Shown here one piece after another: positions 58,574 through 64,000 of a stretch of 64,000 nt of DNA (position 1 is the first letter of the stretch; each line of letters starts with the position of its first letter). The stretch is taken from IMG/VR virus record IMGVR_UViG_3300012096_000007, positions 850 through 64,849 of that record. One strand, 5' to 3'. Below the pieces are notes generated by a model. That model was given only the letters and a program-made list of their open reading frames with translations, made no database searches and had not been told where the DNA came from. This DNA is from a virus (lineage: Duplodnaviria; Caudoviricetes). A program made the position numbers and the translations under genes.

Positions 58574-59197
58574 ATGACGTATCAGCATGATTTTATTCTG
58601 CTCGACCGATCTGGCTCCATGGCATCTCAATGGGATGAAGCCCTTGGGTCCATCAACACCTATGTCAAGGATTTGGCAACTAAAAAGGTGGATACCGGCG
58701 TTACTCTGGCAACCTTTGACGGAGGTGACAGGCTACAATTTGACATTATTCGTGACCGCATTACTCCCGAGACTTGGCGGCCTGTCAGTAACAAAGATGC
58801 TGAGCCTCGTGGCATGACACCCCTCAATGATGCAACAGCCAAAATCGTAGACTTGGCAACAGCTGGCAAATACGACAAACTAGCCCTTATCATCATGACG
58901 GATGGTGCAGAAAATAACAGTAAGGAACTACCGGGTCAGCAAGGTACCATTGCCGTTAAGAAAATGCTGGATGGTTGCCGTGCCAAAGGTTGGCAGGTGA
59001 TTTTCCTCGGTGCCAATTTCGACAATGCAGCACAAGCAGCTTCCTATGGTGGACTTGCAGGACAAACCGTGAATTCCTCAACAAGGAACTTAAGAAATAC
59101 CATGGGTAAAATGAGCCAGAAGCGTGCTGACTATGCTGCTACTGGTACCACCATGGATTGGTCTTCTGAAGAGAAAGATGAAGCTAAAAAACAGTAA
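58574..59197 (+). CDS. von Willebrand factor A domain protein
   Basis: LDRSGSM, PRGMTPLND, MTDGAEN. Confidence 0.85.
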   Translation: MTYQHDFILLDRSGSMASQWDEALGSINTYVKDLATKKVDTGVTLATFDGGDRLQFDIIRDRITPETWRPVSNKDAEPRGMTPLNDATAKIVDLATAGKYDKLALIIMTDGAENNSKELPGQQGTIAVKKMLDGCRAKGWQVIFLGANFDNAAQAASYGGLAGQTVNSSTRNLRNTMGKMSQKRADYAATGTTMDWSSEEKDEAKKQ

Positions 59198-59267
59198 GCA
59201 GGGCCTTGGCGGACCATAGGGCTTCTAACCCCGCGTGGTGGGGGTTCAATTCCCCTACTCTGCATCA
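59198..59267 (+). tRNA. Atypical or degenerate tRNA-Arg(UCU)-like element
   Basis: GCAGGG/CTCTGC acceptor, CTTCTAA loop, GGGGG-TTCAATT-CCCCT T-arm, minimal D-arm, ends ATCA. Confidence 0.5.
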
Positions 59268-59510
59268 ATGGAGAATACATGGGTAAAATACTGCGTAAAA
59301 GACAAAAAGTTCTGAATGAACGGAAAATTGCTCATTCAAACACGCTAAAATCGCTTCCACACGGAAGCAATCCAGCAGCGTACCGGCAACCCGGTTCGAT
59401 GAACCGCAAGGCAAAGAGGTAGGCCATGATCCATTTTTGGTAGATTACCAAGAGGGCCTCCTAGAGGCCTAAGAATAGTTCCCATAAACCCAAACCTCTA
59501 GGAACAGAAA

Positions 59511-60083
59511 ATGAAATCACATCTTAAAGTCAAAGTGTTCACTCTTGCTGCCGAAATGACGTACATCAGGCGTCAGGAAGAAAAATGGAAAAACAAGGCA
59601 AGGTATGCCCGACAAAAACAATCAGTTGATATTAGGGCAATCCATCACAGTGATCGTTCTCAAGCTTATGCTGAAAGAGCTTTTTGGTCACACCGATGGC
59701 ACCGTGAGGGTTTGAAGACAGATGCCCGTACCAGCCACCTTGCCTACGGCTGCATGCGGGGTGTCCCCTACGCACAAATGGAAACCATGTGCTATGGCCC
59801 CCTTAAAGGTTATGGCGGCTCTGAACCAGACTGGAAATCTATCGAGAGCATGGTGGAGCGTTTCTCAAAGGATGAAACTTCACCGCAAGACTTCATGCAG
59901 GCATATGCACAATGGCTGGAAGCTGCCAAAGTTTGGTATGATGGCAACCCCGAACGTATTAAAGCTTGGCAAGCACAATGCCAATACGTTCAGCAAGTGA
60001 AACTCGCTGATCCTGACTATCAAAAGAAAATCCAAAATTACAAAGCCAGAATGAAAGAACTTCATTCTCCTTTTAAGGCTTAA
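59511..60083 (+). CDS. Conserved phage hypothetical protein
   Basis: LKVKVFTLAAE...HLAYGCMRGVPYAQME. Confidence 0.6.
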   Translation: MKSHLKVKVFTLAAEMTYIRRQEEKWKNKARYARQKQSVDIRAIHHSDRSQAYAERAFWSHRWHREGLKTDARTSHLAYGCMRGVPYAQMETMCYGPLKGYGGSEPDWKSIESMVERFSKDETSPQDFMQAYAQWLEAAKVWYDGNPERIKAWQAQCQYVQQVKLADPDYQKKIQNYKARMKELHSPFKA

Positions 60084-60185
60084 ACTGAATTGGCCCGTTT
60101 CCCCCGAGGCGGGCTAATAAGAGGGGGGTTGGTTAGTTTCTATCTCGACCAGCCAGCCTCCCTACTTTAACGAAAAGGAAACTAA

Positions 60186-60464
60186 ATGAAGCGCTATACC
60201 TTAGCTCTAACAATGTTGATAATCCTGACTGTACCTGCACAGGCGCAATATGATTATGATTATCCTGGTCCGCCAATGTGGAACAGAAATCGCAGGGATT
60301 ATGAACCACGCCCACGTCGCTATGGTCCTCAAATGGTGCCTTGTATTTATTATGGTGATTGTGGAGGACCTAAATGGGGTGACCCATATGATAGAAGTAC
60401 ACCCGGTATGCCCCCCTTCCGATTACCGCCGCCCCCTTCACGCCGCTACTATTGGGATGACTAA
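60186..60464 (+). CDS. Secreted-type Pro/Arg/Tyr-rich small protein
   Basis: Signal-peptide-like N-terminus, RBS present. Confidence 0.5.
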   Translation: MKRYTLALTMLIILTVPAQAQYDYDYPGPPMWNRNRRDYEPRPRRYGPQMVPCIYYGDCGGPKWGDPYDRSTPGMPPFRLPPPPSRRYYWDD

Positions 60465-60612
60465 TATGGCCAGCAAGAGAAATGTCCGACGTAAATCATG
60501 TACAGGTAAAATTCGTCATCGAAATGTATATGACGCCATTCGTCACGCGAAAAGGCATCATATACACCCCTATCGCTGCAAGTTTTGTGGCGGATTTCAT
60601 GTGGGGCATTAA

Positions 60613-61506
60613 ATGCTGTTTAAGCGTTTAGACAAGGCCAGCGGTAAGGTTTTGAAACATAGCCGTCCTTTGCTCATAACGCCACAGCAGGCCTATGTCA
60701 GGCCCTCACAGGGCCGGGATTGGTTCAGCACCACTACTACTATCTGGCAAGTGGATGAAATTATCAAACGCCGGGTCCGTGACTGGCGCAGGTTGACAGA
60801 TGAAACTGGCCATAGTGGTACCCGTAATCAGTCCTTCCGGGCTGATCACAACTCAATTTACACAGGAACACATAGTGTGTTCCCAGCCCCATTGATGGAG
60901 ATGATTATTGTCAGATATGCTGGCCCTAGAGGTTCTCATATACTCGATTCCTTTGCTGGCGGTCCTCCCCGTGGCCTTGTGTCTGCTATTATGGGTCATT
61001 TATATACAGGTTTTGAAATTCGTCAGGAACAAATCAACGAAAATGAAGCCCTCCTCAAAAGATTGGAACTTAAAGGAGTAACCTATGTCAAAGGGGATGG
61101 CTGCCTTTTACGCACTCCTCAGTATTTCGATTGCGCTATTACCTGCCCTCCTTATTTTAATTTGGAAAAATACAGTGATCAGTCTGACGATCTCAGCAAT
61201 CTTGATAATTACACAGAGTTCAATGCTCGCATGTGGTTATGCGCTCAAGCGCATCGAGAAAGAATGAAACCCGGTGCTTTTGTATGTATCATTGTGGGAT
61301 TGTTCAGGGACAAAAACGGTGAGTTGGTTGATTTTCCTTCTGATACAGTTGAAAACTTCCGTGAAGCAGGCTTCCTATATTGGCAGAATATCATCCTGTC
61401 CAAAAACTTCGCATCAGCAGCAGTGAGAGCTTCCAATGCTTGGAAAGGCCAAAAACTGGTACCACGCCACGAAAATCTACTCATATTTAAAACGCCGGAA
61501 AGCTGA
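60613..61506 (+). CDS. Amino-DNA methyltransferase (N4C/N6A type)
   Basis: LDSFAGG SAM-binding motif, TCPPY catalytic motif. Confidence 0.8.
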   Translation: MLFKRLDKASGKVLKHSRPLLITPQQAYVRPSQGRDWFSTTTTIWQVDEIIKRRVRDWRRLTDETGHSGTRNQSFRADHNSIYTGTHSVFPAPLMEMIIVRYAGPRGSHILDSFAGGPPRGLVSAIMGHLYTGFEIRQEQINENEALLKRLELKGVTYVKGDGCLLRTPQYFDCAITCPPYFNLEKYSDQSDDLSNLDNYTEFNARMWLCAQAHRERMKPGAFVCIIVGLFRDKNGELVDFPSDTVENFREAGFLYWQNIILSKNFASAAVRASNAWKGQKLVPRHENLLIFKTPES

Positions 61507-61776
61507 AAGACAGCAATTTGAATATGACAAGTGGAGATTACTAGTAAGTTTAAAGTTCCGCCCTAGAAATTGGAACTGTCTTGTCCATTCCAGTGGTGAA
61601 ATTTTTCAATTAACAAATAACACTGAAAAAATGTTAATATGGATAGCCAATAAAGAATGGGGTTTGTATTTTACAGTTGAAGGCAGAAAATACGGAAATC
61701 CTATCAACATTCATGGTCGTTTTGTACCATGGAGACGTGAAGTTCTGAAACATGGATTAAGAGCCTCAAAAAGCCC

Positions 61777-62826
61777 ATGGATAAACAGAGTAGGCCCAAA
61801 CAAATGAACAGAGCTGAGCTAGTCCAAACACTTGAACTTGTAAAATCTGCTTTAGCTCCCACCAACATGATTCCAATCTTTCAATGCTTCACTTTTGATG
61901 GAGGATTTGTATCAGCCTATAATGATACCATAGCCATTATAGGACCAGCAGAGATTGAGGAAACATTTGGTATTCATGGCAATACGTTGCTTGGGCTTCT
62001 ATCCAATAGTAAAGCTGAGACAATAACATTGTCGCTTGAACGTGATACCGCCATTTTCAAGCTTGAAAAAACCATCAGTAAACTCCCATTTCAGCCTGAA
62101 GAGAATTTCTTGTTCAATGAACCTGAGGATAAATGGAATTTTAGTATTCCCTACACTGAAAGCTTCAATGAAGCCATCAGACTATGTTTGGAAACTGTTT
62201 CATCAGATACCACACAAGCTGCTTTGTTAGGCATTACCCTTGAAAATGATCTGATGTATTCCTGCAATGGTGACTGCCTGACCCGTATCAAATTGAAGAA
62301 CAAAGTCAAAGTAAAAAGCAGAGTGCTGATGCCAACAGCATTTTGTGAAGCTGCTATCAAACTATGGTCAACATTGGAAATGACATCAGGTACCCTTTAT
62401 TTCAATGATGAATGGATAATGGTTAATTTTGGAGAATGGACTGTGTATGGGCGTATACTTGAAATCAAGGAACCTATTGATTTTGTGAAATTGATCAAAG
62501 ACACTATCAATCGTAAGGCTACACCTGATCTGCCTATACCTAATGGTTTTTCAGAAGCATTGTCTCGTGCCCGTGTATTGGCTGATCCTGAAAGCCAAAA
62601 GACCGTCGTCACGATTGTTAATAGCAAGATGACGTTGCTGACCGAAACCCATATGGGTGAAATCAAAGATGATTTCAAACTAGAAGGGCATTCAGATGTG
62701 GTAGCCAATATTAACGCTAGTCATCTACAAAACGCCCTTAAATCTTGTAAGCAAATATCTTTCCATGAAAAATGTGTTATCCTTGAAGCCCCTGACGTAT
62801 TTAAGCTCGTGAGCAATATGTCATGA
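61777..62826 (+). CDS. DNA polymerase sliding clamp (beta-like)
   Basis: MNRAELVQTL start pattern, three-domain length, adjacent to the polymerase. Confidence 0.65.
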   Translation: MDKQSRPKQMNRAELVQTLELVKSALAPTNMIPIFQCFTFDGGFVSAYNDTIAIIGPAEIEETFGIHGNTLLGLLSNSKAETITLSLERDTAIFKLEKTISKLPFQPEENFLFNEPEDKWNFSIPYTESFNEAIRLCLETVSSDTTQAALLGITLENDLMYSCNGDCLTRIKLKNKVKVKSRVLMPTAFCEAAIKLWSTLEMTSGTLYFNDEWIMVNFGEWTVYGRILEIKEPIDFVKLIKDTINRKATPDLPIPNGFSEALSRARVLADPESQKTVVTIVNSKMTLLTETHMGEIKDDFKLEGHSDVVANINASHLQNALKSCKQISFHEKCVILEAPDVFKLVSNMS

Positions 62827-62836
62827 GGCTAAATTA

Positions 62837-64000
62837 GTGAGTTTTTTCTTCACCAAGGAACAAGCCAAACCTGCAAGACGTGGAGGCACACCGGCCAAGC
62901 TAACACAGGCCGGTCAAGCGTCTAAAGACAGCCTTAACCGACTAGGCTGCAAGGCATGCCCTTTAGATAAAGTTGATAATCACACGCCAAAGATGGCACC
63001 TGTTTTACCTGATCAAGCCAATATCTACTTCTTAGGAGATCAACCTAATCATGAAGATGATGAAAAAGGGAAGCCGTTTTCGAGTGCAGCTGGAAAAATC
63101 CTTGTTCGAGTGCTTCGCGATGTTAGTGATGATGTTGATGGTATTGGGTTTGATAACGTTATTAGGGATTACGGGAGCCATTTTACTGAATCACTTCGAC
63201 CCGACTGGGTCCCCATGGAATGTTGTCGGTCACTCATAATCAGCTCCATTGAACAAGCCAAACCCAAAATCATAGTAGGGCTTGGCATCTTGCCGTTGCA
63301 ATGGATGCTGAAAAGCAGTGACATGATAGGCCTGAGAGGGCGTGTCTTTGCCGTACAAGTAGGGTCTCATAAATGCTGGTTTTTGCCTACCTACCATCCT
63401 CAATACATCATTGATACCGCCTATGATGACGCCCAGCCACTTCGTAGCAAACTAGGGCATTGCCTCAAATTTGACGTAGCGCGAGCCGTTTCACTGACAA
63501 ATACCCTGCCAACCCCCACAATTGACACGCCACAAGCGGCTAGGGCAGGCATACAGCGCTTTAATGGCACGCCCCGTACCATGCTAAGCGCTTTACTAAA
63601 GCTTATCAGTGAAGCCCGCAAGGCACCTGAAAAAGCCATTGATTTAGAGACCAGCCACTTGCGACCCTATGGCAAGGACGCCAAAGTCTTGACCGTAGCT
63701 ATCAGTTTTGGAGATACCAACTTCGCCTTTGCTTTAGATCACCCTAAATCAGGGTGGTCAGATATTGACAAGGATACGATCAAATTGGGCTTGATGGATT
63801 TGCTTTCAGATGAAACCACCATCATTGCCCACAATGCTCCTTTTGAATGTGAATGGTTGATTTTTTTATTAGGCAAAGATGTCATTTGGCACGACAATTG
63901 GGAATGCACTATGATGCAGGCCCATTTCCTTGATGAACGACGAGGCAAGCGTGGCGGCAATGATGAACAATTCCAGCCCAACCCGTACCAAGCTTTGGAC
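62837..64000 (+). CDS. DNA polymerase with N-terminal family-4 UDG-like domain and 3'-5' exonuclease, partial
   Basis: GTG start; CKACPL, GKPFSSAAG, KPKIIVGLG, PTYHP; then AIDLET (ExoI) and AHNAPFE (ExoII); open to window end. Confidence 0.85.
   Translation, partial: MSFFFTKEQAKPARRGGTPAKLTQAGQASKDSLNRLGCKACPLDKVDNHTPKMAPVLPDQANIYFLGDQPNHEDDEKGKPFSSAAGKILVRVLRDVSDDVDGIGFDNVIRDYGSHFTESLRPDWVPMECCRSLIISSIEQAKPKIIVGLGILPLQWMLKSSDMIGLRGRVFAVQVGSHKCWFLPTYHPQYIIDTAYDDAQPLRSKLGHCLKFDVARAVSLTNTLPTPTIDTPQAARAGIQRFNGTPRTMLSALLKLISEARKAPEKAIDLETSHLRPYGKDAKVLTVAISFGDTNFAFALDHPKSGWSDIDKDTIKLGLMDLLSDETTIIAHNAPFECEWLIFLLGKDVIWHDNWECTMMQAHFLDERRGKRGGNDEQFQPNPYQALD

Noticed and set aside
59198-59267. Amber suppressor tRNA (CTA) implying genetic recoding
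   Set aside because: The stem register places TCT in the anticodon, and TAG ends normal genes such as the MCP

Overview
The whole window is part of a tailed dsDNA phage genome (podovirus-like head module; an alphaproteobacterial host is plausible but only inferred). 1-23750 is a minus-strand late module: virion/fibre proteins, a TPR-glycosyltransferase, major capsid, scaffold, portal, TerL/TerS, small basic proteins, a cold-shock protein, tRNA-Thr and HNH endonucleases. 23850-50700 is a plus-strand early/accessory region with many small ORFs. 50900-64000 is a replication module: DnaB-like helicase, SNF2 helicase, AAA ATPase, primase, sigma-like protein, vWA protein, DNA methyltransferase, sliding clamp, and a UDG-domain DNA polymerase that runs off the end. 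Four unusual structures stand out. (1) About 16 early-gene cassettes are each headed by a covarying RNA hairpin ending in the tag (A)AACAGGAGGAG; three of these hairpins enclose larger structured RNAs. (2) A hairpin at 46386-46480 displays the exact antisense of that tag, a candidate master sRNA silencer of the array. (3) A 1.4-kb island (26420-27817), plus smaller islands, contains no AGA/CGA/GGA/TCT/TCG/TCC, suggesting context-specific DNA modification with protected zones. (4) About 15 divergent small proteins share a C-terminal L-x-x-L-x-GP(H/Y) motif. All calls were made by eye; no searches or folding programs were run.
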